Positions 1 through 11,320 of a stretch of DNA of 20,000 nt are shown piece after piece (within the stretch, counting starts at the first letter, position 1; each line of letters starts with the position of its first letter). Position numbers and translations under genes: made by a program. Below the pieces are notes generated by a model, which was given only the letters and a program-made list of their open reading frames with translations, did not search any database and had not been told where the DNA came from. Source of the stretch: Cirrosporium novae-zelandiae (taxonomy: Eukaryota). Where the stretch lies: positions 242,965 to 262,964 of the forward strand of contig JAPETS010000039.1 of assembly GCA_026023565.1 (NCBI GenBank), in the 5' to 3' direction.

Positions 1-291
1 AACACAATTCCTAATAGCTCCAACCCCCACAGCCATGCACTCGGATCCACCTTACAACCCATGGAAGTAATCATCGAAGAAGACGAAGCCAATGGAACAA
101 AAGTCGCTGAGAAGGATAATCTGCAAGGCTCCAAGGTGTTACCTGACAAGGAGGAGAGCCAGTCTTCAGAAGAAGAGCCACCGTCACGTCGCTGGAGGAT
201 TGTTGGCAAGGCGGTTCTTTGGGGATGTCCTACTCTGTATTGGGATGGCGAGGTTGTCACTCTCCATGAACACCAAAGTGTATATGGCTAA
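1..291 (+). CDS. 3' end of a hypothetical protein running in from the left edge (C-terminus loosely resembles HET-domain protein tails)
   Basis: Frame 1 is open from base 1 to TAA at 289-291. An acidic linker is followed by RWRIVGKAVLWG...HQSVYG, which resembles the (Y/W)R(L/I)VGxxx(V/L)xG strand at the end of many fungal HET proteins. The family call is weak. Confidence 0.5.
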   Translation, partial: NTIPNSSNPHSHALGSTLQPMEVIIEEDEANGTKVAEKDNLQGSKVLPDKEESQSSEEEPPSRRWRIVGKAVLWGCPTLYWDGEVVTLHEHQSVYG

Positions 292-661
292 ATGTATATA
301 CTTTGATGTTAATGCGCAGTGATGGTTTGATCACCCGCAACAACGCCCTATGGCATGGAAATCGATCCCACCACTGGTAGCAAGAAGGTTTCCGTAGTAA
401 CAAAGAAGATAAAAAGATCTAGTTTCAGAACAGCAGTTTTCATTGTTTACCTTATTTTATGCAATCTCTATGGCATTAGGCGCGACATCACTTGTTGCAT
501 ACTCGCTTCTACTCCTCTCCTCTCCTCCGCTTATAGGAACATTATCAAATCATCTAGACTATAACCCTAAGTTGAATAAATTCTTTAAAACCACTCGGCT
601 CTAGCCGTTACCACCACATTTTAGGCTTATCCTGCCTCCTCAGACTATCTACCTTGAAAAA

Positions 662-1147
662 ATGCCAGTCAACAGACGGCGTGGCTATCCAATGCCACAC
701 GAGTCCCAAGAGACCACCTCGAACGTACCATCTGAATCTTCATCAGACCCCAACCTGCTTAACGATCCAACTCCCCTCGACATCGCTCACGCCCACGCGA
801 TTCGCGCCCTCCGCATCGCTCATCAAGATGCAACCTACTCCTCCCTAACCCTCTACCGGATTATGAACAACCTCACCTCACCCCCAGCCCACGAACCATT
901 CTCGCCAATGCTCCCTGTCGAAATCCAAGAGATGATCACGCAGCATCTGGGTCTGCTCCATAAGATTGCTTGGAAGTATACTTGCCGGGCCAACTATAGG
1001 GGGACGCAGGTGGATAGGAAAATGAGAATAGAGCTTCAGAGGTGGGTGGTGACGGGGTGGAAATTTCAGGGGATGAGGGAGGCATGGATTGAGGAGGGGG
1101 GGTTGGCGAGGTGGATTGGGGAGATGATGTATTGGGAGGGGGTTTAG
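662..1147 (+). CDS. Small F-box-like protein (161 aa)
   Basis: ATG in AAAATG context, no intron needed. MLPVEIQEMITQHLGLLHKIAWKYTCRANY fits the F-box pattern LPxEIxxxIxxxL...xxTCR. Confidence 0.65.
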   Translation: MPVNRRRGYPMPHESQETTSNVPSESSSDPNLLNDPTPLDIAHAHAIRALRIAHQDATYSSLTLYRIMNNLTSPPAHEPFSPMLPVEIQEMITQHLGLLHKIAWKYTCRANYRGTQVDRKMRIELQRWVVTGWKFQGMREAWIEEGGLARWIGEMMYWEGV

Positions 1148-1152
1148 AAAGG

Positions 1153-1175
1153 GGATGGATGGATGGATGGATGGA
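1153..1175. repeat. (GGAT)5 microsatellite
   Basis: ggatggatggatggatggatgga just downstream of the F-box stop codon. Confidence 0.9.
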
Positions 1176-1398
1176 ATATTCAGAGATGGGGTAAACTATG
1201 ATATGTACAGTAGGCCTAGCTAAGATCACCCTGGTTTATAGGGTTTAGACTAAGGGGGCGGGGGGGAGGAGGGTGCAGATGTTGTTTTCTGATACCATCA
1301 AAGAACTAACAATGATTGACTGAAGCAATGAAACATGAAAACAATCCCACTCTGTATTTTCTAAATCATGAGTCTGATTGCTAGTCTATACTAAGGCT

Positions 1399-1419
1399 AT
1401 CAATCAATCAATCAATCAA
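1399..1419. repeat. (ATCA)5 microsatellite
   Basis: atcaatcaatcaatcaatcaa. Confidence 0.9.
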
Positions 1420-1537
1420 AACTGATCAAGCTCGCACATATTATTACAAAACCATCCGCGTGAGGTTTTTTTCTTCTATCCCAGCCCGCCGTTACTAAGT
1501 AATATAAACATTATTGATGTAGTCTAAATATTTTTTA

Positions 1538-1560
1538 TATAGATATAGATATAGATATAT
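1538..1560. repeat. (TATAGA)3 simple repeat
   Basis: tatagatatagatatagatatat in an AT-rich intergenic tract. Confidence 0.8.
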
Positions 1561-1627
1561 GTAGATGCTAATTAATAGATGCAATATGGACGTTTTGTAT
1601 ACCTTTTAATTAATTTCTTTACATACT

Positions 1628-1645
1628 TAGGTAGGTAGGTAGGTA
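1628..1645. repeat. (TAGG)4 microsatellite
   Basis: taggtaggtaggtaggta. Confidence 0.85.
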
Positions 1646-3063
1646 TATGCATATATACTGTACAAATCTTGCCTTTGTTTGGAGGGGTTTTGACTTCCGG
1701 GTTTGCTATAGATATATAATTTATGCATGCAACATGCGACATGCACATGCAAGCAAATGGATAATAGCAAGCGTCAAATGATTCCTTTAGCACGGGACAT
1801 TTTTAAGTTTTTTTTTTTGTTCTGTAAAATGTTAATTGCGTTGTTCCCCTTTCCAATGCTTATCATGATATCTAGATGGATTCACTTTTTGATGGATGCT
1901 TGAGGAGCTAATATATAGATGAAGAGAGTATCATTAATTAGTAGTACTTCTCCAAAATTAAAGAAAAATTTTTTTTTTTCATCATCATTATCATGAGCTT
2001 GTCTCTGCCCTTTTTTCTTTCATCGAGATATGGATGCTTTGCGTATCTATTTATCTACCTACCTTTTTTCATGTCATGGACGCGCTTTTTGATATTCGGA
2101 AGCAGCTTGTTTCAGGGGGAAAGAGAAAAGAGAAAGAGAGCAAGAAGATGAGAGGAACTAGCTATTATATAGATACAACAGGGGAGAGGGGACTTATATT
2201 GATTGATCCTCTTGATGATGATGGTTCTGATGAGCACCCACAAAAGCCAATGAAAATGGGAATTGAGAATGTCAATAATGCATGCATGTGTACTGCTAAT
2301 ACTGTGTTATACTCTCTCCTCTTTTGCTCTTCGATGTACCTACTATCTGGATACCCACCACTTCTCTGCATTCACAAGTAACACACCTCGTCATTGAGTT
2401 TTGATTTAGATAATTTCAGATGACGATGGGAAGAGTTATCGAATGCTTTGGGGGTTGTGTTAGTATAGCACCGCACCTGGAGATGAATGATGAACTTACT
2501 GGTGACGATGAATTTATCTCAACTGTGTGTTCTTGTCTCTTCAGGTGCAAAGAAAGGTAGGAGTGCTGTCGCGATATATATGATTGTATGAATGATGGCA
2601 TATCTCAACACATTGAGATGGTATAATTTGTTTTTGAAAAATTTTCAAGAGGTGTAGGGCCTGTGGTAGTTTACTTGGTTAGAGACGAGTCGGAAAAGCC
2701 TGTAAGTCTTTGATTAGATGCTTGATTTAGCAGCTTATTTAAATTTGCCGTGGATAGGCGTGTGGTGTTGAGAAGAGTGAATAGTGATGGTGTGCGCTGC
2801 GCCGTCCATTTTGTCAACACCAGAAGAATCATACACCTGAGAGCACCTCCAAGCTCTCTACTACTCACGCTTCTCTTCTGATCCTAACTCAGAATTGGAG
2901 TTTTCTGTTTTCCATCTTGGTTGTATCAACCTCTTCCTTTTTAACCTCGAATTGACTACTTCAACTTCAACTCTTTTGAATCCGCAGTCATTTTCCTCAA
3001 CTCATCCACATTTTCTTCTTACCATTCAGAAACTTAACCTTTAAAGGACCTTAAAGAGGAAAT

Positions 3064-4311
3064 ATGGCGTCCTCAAACAGTAAACCTAGAAAGACAAGAG
3101 GTAGGTATGCTCTCCAATAACAAATGATCAGAGCTGATATAAAAACAGACCATACAAAAGCATCTCCCCATGTTACCATGTCCGGGATAACCCTTTACAC
3201 AAATGAGCCCGGGAAACTAGGTTTGTTCTTGCCATAAATCAGAGGCAGCTAATAATGCTAATGGTTTCGAATAGTAGAAGCTGTGTTTCTTCACCAAATG
3301 AAGCTCTCACCAGCAGAGTCGCTGAACAATTATGGTATATTAACACTGCTTTGGGACAAAAGTAGAAACCCACTAATAATCGTAGATCACAAACCTAAGC
3401 AAGGGAAAAGGACTGCTGACCTCACATCATACATCCCACTCCACAGAACATGGGGTCCTGGGCGTGCTGAACGACCAGAGATATTATTTGAGCTCAACAA
3501 CATCAACCCTCCTTGTACGGATCCTGTAACCTTTCTCAAAGATAGCAACGGAAGAGTCGTCCTAGACACACTGGGCTGGGTAGTCAGAGACATTCCTCAC
3601 ATTCCAAGAACCATATCGACAAAGGTTGAAGGGTGGAGGATAGAAGCAATTTCTCGTGCAGACTCTTGGATTTGTATGCAAGACTTTCGGGCGCGCATGC
3701 CACTCTCCCTGACTCCTACTGGTGGAGATTCTCGCCCATCTACTGGAACTGTAGCCATGAGGGCAAACCGTTGGAGAGAGGAAGGACGGTGCCTTTCATG
3801 AAAACCAAGCGGAGAATCTATTCGACTCAAAGACAAACTCTTTAAAGAGTTGACCCCCCAGATGGTGGAAGGTAACACAACACGGGGCCTGAGAGACCTT
3901 ACACGAACTGAGGTAGGGGCATTGTATAAAGAAGGTTATGGAACGGGCTTTCACAAAGCTGGCAAAAGAAAGTTGACCGATACTCAACGACAGCAAAACA
4001 AGGAGCAGTATGCTGCAGATTTGCACGGTGAAAAGACTGATACCGAAGGCCAAAAAACCAATAATTTGCAACAAGAACCCCAAAAGATCATGAGTGAAAT
4101 GGAAAAGAATCCGGAGACAAGTTTACAAAAGTTTATAACCGAAACCCTTGCTGAGATAAAAGCCATCAAAGCTGATCACCAAAAGTTCTTAGCTCAACAA
4201 CCTTGGAACCAAGCTGACACTCCTAGAGGGGCTACTGTTCAAGGCGTTAGTAATAGGAATAGTGATCCAACCTCTTCCCGTGGATCCGAACCTGGACGAT
4301 ACATGAATTAA
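3064..4311 (+). pseudogene. Four-exon fungal hypothetical-protein gene with one in-frame TGA
   Basis: Predicted exons 3064-3100, 3149-3220, 3275-3334 and 3386-4311 splice in frame (introns GTAGGT..CTGAT..CAG, GTTTGT..CTAAT..TAG, GTATAT..CTAAT..TAG). ORFs 3283-3801 and 3850-4311 share one frame, separated only by TGA at 3799-3801. Motifs PRTISTKVEGWRIEAI..DFRARMP..MR..RWREEGRCLS*...NTTRGLRDLT resemble a recurrent Pezizomycotina hypothetical family that I recall as reading CLSW at this position. Confidence 0.65.
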
Positions 4312-4982
4312 AAATTTGTTCAATCGGCACAACATATAGAAAATATCGAAAAAAGTCCCACAATGGCCATAGCCTACAAAGACTTTCTCCTACTTCGATT
4401 GAACAGTTCGTTGGGTGGAGGGTTTCGGAAGAATGGAAGGTGAAAGGCGATTTTTCCTTCACATTCCTAAACTTTCAAGGTAGATATCTGTTTTCCGTGT
4501 TTGGCGTTAATGCTGGCTGTCCTATAATTGGCATGCTAGAGAGTTGCAGGAGGGTTAGGCTAGTTGAAGGACAAATCAGTGAATAGGTTTCAACAAGCTA
4601 GTCTAGTAGTTCTCATTCAAAGACTCCCATAAAACCGTCGTTATTGCTTTGTTGTCTATTATTATAGAATAATTCCTCAATCGTGTAACTTGGATGTTGA
4701 CTTCAATGACGTTGATTGCCAAGGGGCTATGCTATCGGAATTCCTTATCGTATACTTAATTATGTAAGTATTGAAACATTAGATAGACTAATTAATGCCC
4801 ATGTACTTTATTACGAACAGACGGAATCCCTCCGCCATCACTTCTAGTGCTTCCCCACAATTGCATTATCAATCTATCGTCATCATCAAGAACAGGGATT
4901 AAAAGTCCTCCAAGGCTTAAACTTTTGGCCCTTTTCGAAAAAATGGCATTCTCATTTTTGATCTACCTTCCTATAGTTCCCT

Positions 4983-6831
4983 ATGACTTCCAACATGGCC
5001 CTCGCGATGCCGGATCCTATTCAGCACCATCCCCACAAATACGATGACGGTACCGAGGATGCAAAGAGATCATCAATATCAGGAGCGTCTTTGTATTCCG
5101 GGGTATCAGGTATAGGAACGGTTGAGAATATACGAAGTATTGAGATTTGTGAGCCAGAGCGAGAACCACATGAAAAGGCATTTCGAGGACAAGCGGTAAT
5201 GCAATCGAGACGAGTAATAGAAGAAAAAGCTAACATGACTGAGCATGAACTTACCTTCATTATCGTCGTTATAATGGCTCAGCTATTCACCCAAATGAAT
5301 CTCGGGAATACAATAATCCAATTGAAACAGGTTGGACAGGCCCTCGGAGTGGGCGATAGCACCACCGAGGGGAGTTGGTTCGTAGCTTCATATTCAATGA
5401 CAGTTGGGGCATTTGTTCTTGCCACGGGCCGTCTTGGAGACATATACGGTTTCAAGACGTTATGGATAATTGGATGGATATGGACTGCTGCCTTCAGTCT
5501 CATTTGCGGTTTCTGTGGTTATATGCACTCGCCAATTGCTTATGACATATTCCGCGCCCTGACGGGAATTGGTCCATCTATTCTGATGCCAAATGCTGCT
5601 GCTTTGATCGGAACTGCCTTCAACCCTGGATTCAAAAAGAACCTTGCCTTTGCACTCTTTGGGGCCGTTGCCCCTGGAGGATATGTATTAGGATTACTTT
5701 GGGGAGCACTCTTTGCGCAATTGGTTGACGACTGGAGATGGACCTATTGGGCCATGTGCTTAGTTTGTTTGGTCTTGGCAGGGATTGCATATGTGGTCAT
5801 CCCTACAGAGTTCAATAAAAAGGGCCATGGCACGTTTGATTACTTGGGAACAGTAGTTGGCGTATCTGGACTGGTCCTGGTCTTCTTTTCATTCAAGTAT
5901 GTCCCCTCGAACTCGCCTTGTTGGTAATAAGCCTGTCAAATCCAGCCAAGCGGCTAGGAATATTCATCCTACCTAAACGCATGCTAAGTATACTCGTTTT
6001 TGGTATACAGCTTTGTCGGTTTGGTTACTTGTCGTCATTGTTGAGACCAAGAAACACTCCTAGTTACAATTGCTAACCTGATGCGCTCTATCTAGTGGTG
6101 CTCCAAGCTTCAATTGGTCAACCCCATATATTCCTGTTCTCCTGGCTGTTGGCCTCCTCTTGCTTGCCGCCTTCGTCTACATTGAGAATCATACGGATCA
6201 TCCTGTGATGCCCATGAGCCTCTTCCTCAACCCCGTGTTCTCCGCGGTAATCATTAGCCTGATGTGTGGTTGGATGAGCTTCGGGATGTACCAATACTAC
6301 ACTCCAAATTTCCTCCTCCACACCCGATCCCTTACCCAAATAAATGTGGCTGCACAGTTCATTCCCAGCGCTATAAGTGGCGGACTGGCTGCTCTTATTG
6401 CTGTCTACCTCCTCCCTCGCGTTTCTGCCTGGCCACTCTTCCTTGCCTCCATGGTATTCTTTTGTGCTGGCCAAGTTCTCCTTGCCCTAACTCCAGTCGA
6501 CCAAACCTACTGGGCAATGACTTTCCCGACAATCGTTCTCACGTCCCTAGGCCCAGATCTATCTTTTGCCTCTGGTAGTCTGATTGTAAGTGACGCAAGC
6601 CCAAGGGACAAGCAAGGTATTGCGGGAAGCTTTGTGAATACGGTGGTGAATTATAGTATAGGATTGGGACTAGCGTTCGGAGGAAGTGTGGAAAAGGCGA
6701 CAAATCTTGGGGGCAAGGATGTCGTAAGGGGGTATAGAGGGGCGTGGTGGTTGGGGACAGGATTTGCAGGACTGGGAATTGTGGTCACGGTGCTTTTCAG
6801 GAAAAGGATGGAAAAGAGCCACAAGGCTTGA
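4983..6831 (+). CDS. MFS drug:H+ antiporter, Atr1/DHA2 (14-TM, aminotriazole-resistance-like), ~549 aa
   Basis: Exons 4983-5896 and 6096-6831, intron GTATGT...GCTAAC...TAG. Motifs SWFVASYSMTVGAFVLATGRLGDIYG (MFS motif A), RALTGIGPSILMPNA, DWRWTYW, FDYLG, GPDLSF, QGIAGSFVNTVVNYS, GYRGAWW. The splice junction restores FSFN-GAPSFNWSTPY. Confidence 0.93.
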
Positions 6832-7254
6832 ACCCTGAGTGGCGATTGATGGTTTATCACCATCACATTTATCGGCTTCAAAACAAGTCCATGGTCATAC
6901 AGGATAGAAAGAAAGGGTTTCACCAGTTAGAATTTATACTATTAAGATGATAGATAGGAAAGGCTGTGGAAAATGCTCATTGCTAATATTATTCCTGGAT
7001 ATTCCTTCTAGACAATCCATAAAATCAATTAGAATATGAACTTCTTATCTGCCTCCCAAATTATGCACAAAAAATACACTCTGAAATCTATAAAGGACTG
7101 GTACCCGAAATAATTTCATCCAATACGGGATTCTCGAAGCCCTAGCCGTAGATTTTCTCCATGTTTTTTTAACGCTTCTGCAATATATCACCCAAATACC
7201 CCAGAATTCACATCAAGTGTGTAAACTTGGGATACAATCAACCCCTAAGGCACA

Positions 7255-8793
7255 ATGTCGAATGTGCCGGTTGAATTTTCAACATCCACACTTATTTTTC
7301 CACTAGCATCACAAAACTTCTCCCACACACTATCCTCGATCCGCCGATCGACCCTCTCCATATCTAACCGTCTCACATCATGCAAACGCGACTCCATCTT
7401 TGTTCAGTCGGTGGCAGAACACCTCAATCTCCCTTTGGTTGCAAATGAAAGATGTGGAAGTTGGTACATTCCTCTAGATAAAAAGGCGGGAAGCACATAC
7501 TTCAAAAGTACAGACGGGCATACAGGGCAATGGAAATTTAGTCTACGAAGGCTGAATCTGCAGGTTTTGGATATCATCGGACAAAATGGAGGGTAGGCTA
7601 GGACCAATATTAGCTTAAGATGGAAACGCTGAAATTGGTAGGTGTATCATTGTTGATTCTACACGGAGGGGCAAGAGTACGTTGGCGCACTACGTTCTCT
7701 TTATACTTTTGTGGCAATTAGCAACTGATTTTAACTGAAGAAATGTAGGCATGCCCGATGCGCTCTCGAAAACTGTCCCAATGTGGTGTGCCGTCATCAA
7801 TAGATGCTTATTCCCAGCATCCACTGAATGCCATGCCTTGAGTACCCCACCCGAGGCTGTTGGTGAGTCTGAGCATGCTCAAATGGAAGCCAAGTTGGAT
7901 AGTTTTGTTACGGACTTCAAAGTACAGCACGTCTACCTCAGTTGCACTCTTTCTGGACTAACATCATTTAGGAACTCGATATCGATGTCCCCGTCCTCAG
8001 AATGAAACTCAAAAAGCCACTTAAAGTCGACTGGGTCTACCCAAATTCCCCCTCCTTCCCTGACACCACTCTTTCCGAAAATTACAATTACGCCATTCTC
8101 TGTACAGCATCCCATCGAGTTCATGGAGCAGAGGCATCAGAGAATGGCTATATCCAAGGCGCAGGCGACGACAGCGAAGGATGGTCTCACGGTCTTACAC
8201 CCCCTCTATTCTGGGCCAACCAAGAACTTTTGTTTAAGACCGAGGAAGCAAATCTACCTGGTTTGATCGAGAAGCTGAAGCAGGAGGACCAGCAGAATAA
8301 TAAAAGCACAACAGCAACATTGATAAAACCAACGCCAAATATCTTCCTGGGAACCCTGGATACATTGACGGGTACTACCCAATTTGACATTATAATAGCA
8401 TGCTCGGAGAGCCCATTGCCAGTTTCCAGCCAGGAAAACTTCCTAGAACTCCGCTGTGCATCAGGAAAGCTAGGAAGTAAAGATCTCCGCAAAGGACTTG
8501 CTCAAGTACGCGATTTCATTGTCTCTACGTCTGCGAAACTAGGTAAATCCACTCCTAAAATTTTAATTACCTGTCCAACAGGAAAGGATCTCTCTGTGGG
8601 TGTAACACTGATGGTTCTCTCCCTCTTCTTCTCCAACGAAGGCATCTTTTCCCCCACGCCGTTGGAGGGCAATGGCATCACCAAAGCCTTTATCCGACAG
8701 CGCCTGGCATGGATAACGCTGTCAAACCCGGATTCAAATCCCTCTCGTTCAACATTACAAGCCATAAACAGTGTTCTTATGCAAAGACCTTGA
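7255..8793 (+). CDS. RIT1: Initiator tRNA A64-2'-O-ribosylphosphate transferase (~455 aa)
   Basis: Exons 7255-7592, 7642-7676, 7749-7921 and 7972-8793 join in frame. Signature motifs ANERCGSWY, YFKSTDGHTGQWKFSLRRLNL, CIIVDSTRRGKSMPDALSKTVPMWCAVINR, YIQGAGDDSEGWSHGLTP, C-terminal CPTGKDLSVGV and NPSRSTL. Confidence 0.97.
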
Positions 8794-9063
8794 ATTAATC
8801 GATAGTAGCATAGATGAGCTATTGGAACTAAATGAGGTATCAAACGCTAGAATCAAGTAATCTCGTTCTATGGACATAAGAAAACGGCATGAAGCGCTCA
8901 GCAAGCCAACCTGCCTCTCCCCAACATCATAGACTACCTCAAAGAATCCAGCACTCAACCCATCTTGTATTATCGTCCGGGCCTCATGGGGAAAGGGTCA
9001 GGGTTTAGCAACGAGAATCTTAGGTTACATATCTCATCCATCATTCACGTCATGATCAACGCT

Positions 9064-9607
9064 CTAGAAACCAGGTGGACCGGGTGGGCCTGGAGGGCCG
9101 CCGGGACCACCTCCTGGGCCATCATCTCCACAGCAGTCACCGCAGCAGCATTCTAGGCATTCGAACGCACAGCAGCCAGCACACCTGCAACGAAGAAATG
9201 GTTAGTTTGGGTTGATGTTGCAGATTTGGATAGAGGAAAAGAGAGATATAAACATACAGTCCGCAGCAGAGACCGCCACCGTTACCACCTCGTGCCATTG
9301 GAGCCATGTCCATCGATTGTTGAAGACCCTATAATTCAAAGAAATCACATTTGCCGTTAGTTCACACTATCCTTAGATTTCCTCAAACATAGCGATTCCA
9401 CAGAGTAATATTCATGGCAAATATATCTCAAGTTCGAATTCAAACAATCAAGAGACACATTTCCCATAATGTTATTCCTCCTACAAAAGATAGAACTGGC
9501 TAACAAATGATATGAGAAGGGCTTACAGGCTGTTGGCTGACGGGTCCGTTTCCTTGTTCAGGAACTCCCATCTGTTGGGTAGGTCGAGGTTGCTGGGTAT
9601 CTGCCAT
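9064..9607 (-). CDS. Small Gln/Pro-rich, Cys-rich (CYSTM-like) protein, 90 aa, three exons
   Basis: Minus-strand exons 9607-9527, 9328-9258 and 9184-9064, with GTAAGC..CTAAC..TAG and GTATGT..CTAAC..CAG introns. Translation: MADTQQPRPTQQMGVPEQGNGPVSQQPGLQQSMDMAPMARGGNGGGLCCGLCAGCCAFECLECCCGDCCGDDGPGGGPGGPPGPPGPPGF*. Absent from the ORF track because of splicing. Confidence 0.88.
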
Positions 9608-10559
9608 AATTGCAGAGGATATAGCAGTACTCTCTTTCTGTGTGTTCGTAAGAGAGAATATAGATGCTGGACTCAATGTGAATTTGTCTGTTGATGACGA
9701 ACAAGCTGTCTGAGGGAAGCTTATGTTTATGTGCCAAAGAGTAATTAGCTTCCGGCCCTGAAATGAAGCTTCTGTCTCACATAGGTCGAAGAAAGGAGAG
9801 CCCTTGCTAGGTCATACACGTATCAGCACCAGACGTACGTTGTATTACACCTACATCCATAAATCAAAGCAAATGTTTCTTGTATTGACTTTGCATCTCT
9901 TTCGATCAGCATTCATCCAATCCGATGGCTAGTTTCTCTCCCAGTTCCAATGAACACCAAGCCCTAGACGGCGGAATTACTCAATTGTTACCTATACAGC
10001 CACATGCTACGAATAAGTTTCAGCTGCGCAGGGGAGATACCTTGTGTCTTGGTTGAAGTAGCCCACATAGCATTACAAGACATTACCTATTGTATCTATT
10101 GTCGTCGCAACCTTCAATATTCACAGCCAATGGGAGGGGGGTACAAAATTGGGCGGGTTAAGCAATCGCCAAGCTGGGTAGGGCCGAGAGTTTATGGCCG
10201 CTTCGGTTCGGTGAGGCATTGCCGTTCATAGCTAAGCGCGAATTAAACAAACGCAACGGTATTATTGGAGCACGGACCATTTAGCCGGTATATCCGTCAG
10301 AGCCGCAATGGGCGGAAGGAACGTCGTGGAAGATACCAAGAAACAGAGGGACCAGGATGGATATAACTACAGGCACAGTACAAGAATAGGGCTGCTAACT
10401 CATACTTCTGCAAAGTATATGCATACATCATCGAAACTTGCAGTTTAACTATCAAATTGATTATATCTCATCATGTACCTAAAATCCTTAGTTATTCGTG
10501 ATGCAAGCAACTAAAGTATCCCTCATATCGTCCTATCGCTTTATGAAACGCCTCAAGTA

Positions 10560-11180
10560 ACAACCTCCTCATGACCTAGAAAAGGTAATTTCCATCAATT
10601 GCGAATAAATCCATAGGGTATCAAGCAAAGATGTTGGAATGAAACTAGAAACATCGATGTTTGTCAAACCTAGCTACACACGACTGTTTGAGAATTGAAC
10701 ATGTGAGAAATAGCACCTTTTCAATCACACAGCCTTTACAGGAAAATTATAAAAACTCGGAATAGCGCTTTTCTAATCGCCCTCTAACGCAAACGTTCCT
10801 TATCAGCAGTGGAAGATCTCTCTAAAAGCAGCCCCTCATACTCCAATACACTTACCATTTGGGACAACCACCGGAAACTCGTCCGACTTTGACCCGATCG
10901 TCATCCAATAACGACATAATTCGAAGTGTGCTGATTCTTTGTGGTTTATCCGAAAAGCGCCAACCAATTAGAAAGTCCCAAACCAGAGTTTCTTCATATC
11001 TCTTATTTCTCTTCTGTACTTAGCTAAGTCATCTTGTGAAGGAAGGAGGCTCCCAAGGTAGTTAAATTTTTGTCTCTCTTGAACGATCTTTGAAATTTGC
11101 TCTTGGGGGGTGCAATAGCTTTTGTCATATTTAGATTCTAAAAAAGGGTTTCTCTTGTTTATTAAGATAGATGAGTATCA
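10560..11180 (-). pseudogene. Possible heavily decayed gene relic of unknown family
   Basis: One minus frame reads ...ESKYDKSYCTPQEQISKIVQERQKFNYLGSLLPSQDDLAKYRREIRDMKKLWFGTF*LVGAFRINHKESAHFELCRYWMTIGSKSDEFPVVVPN. This is followed by an intron-like GTAAGT (10855) ..GCTGAT..TAG (10784), then further stops. Boundaries are approximate. Confidence 0.25.
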
Positions 11181-11320
11181 TATCAACTTCAAAGTTGTTG
11201 CTTATGTTGTTATACGTTTTTTTTTTTTGATATTTATGACATACATACGAATGATGGGTACTACGTGAGCCCTGCGGTTGGTTCGTGAATACGGAACTGA
11301 GATATTAAGTATAATGTTAA

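Noticed and set aside
1572..2868. Short ORFs at 1572-1793, 2034-2381, 2165-2371, 2416-2601 and 2671-2868
   Set aside because: AT-rich, microsatellite-laden intergenic sequence with no recognisable motifs or coherent exon chain.
5021..8958. Antisense and alternate-frame ORFs overlapping the MFS gene and RIT1
   Set aside because: Explained as shadows of well-supported genes.
8965..9694. Plus-strand ORFs 8965-9156 and 9512-9694
   Set aside because: Antisense shadows of the minus-strand Cys-rich gene exons.
10004..10330. ORF 10004-10231, or a tRNA/ncRNA in the GC-richer patch
   Set aside because: No protein motif, cloverleaf or A/B-box arrangement found. More likely upstream regulatory DNA of the Cys-rich gene.
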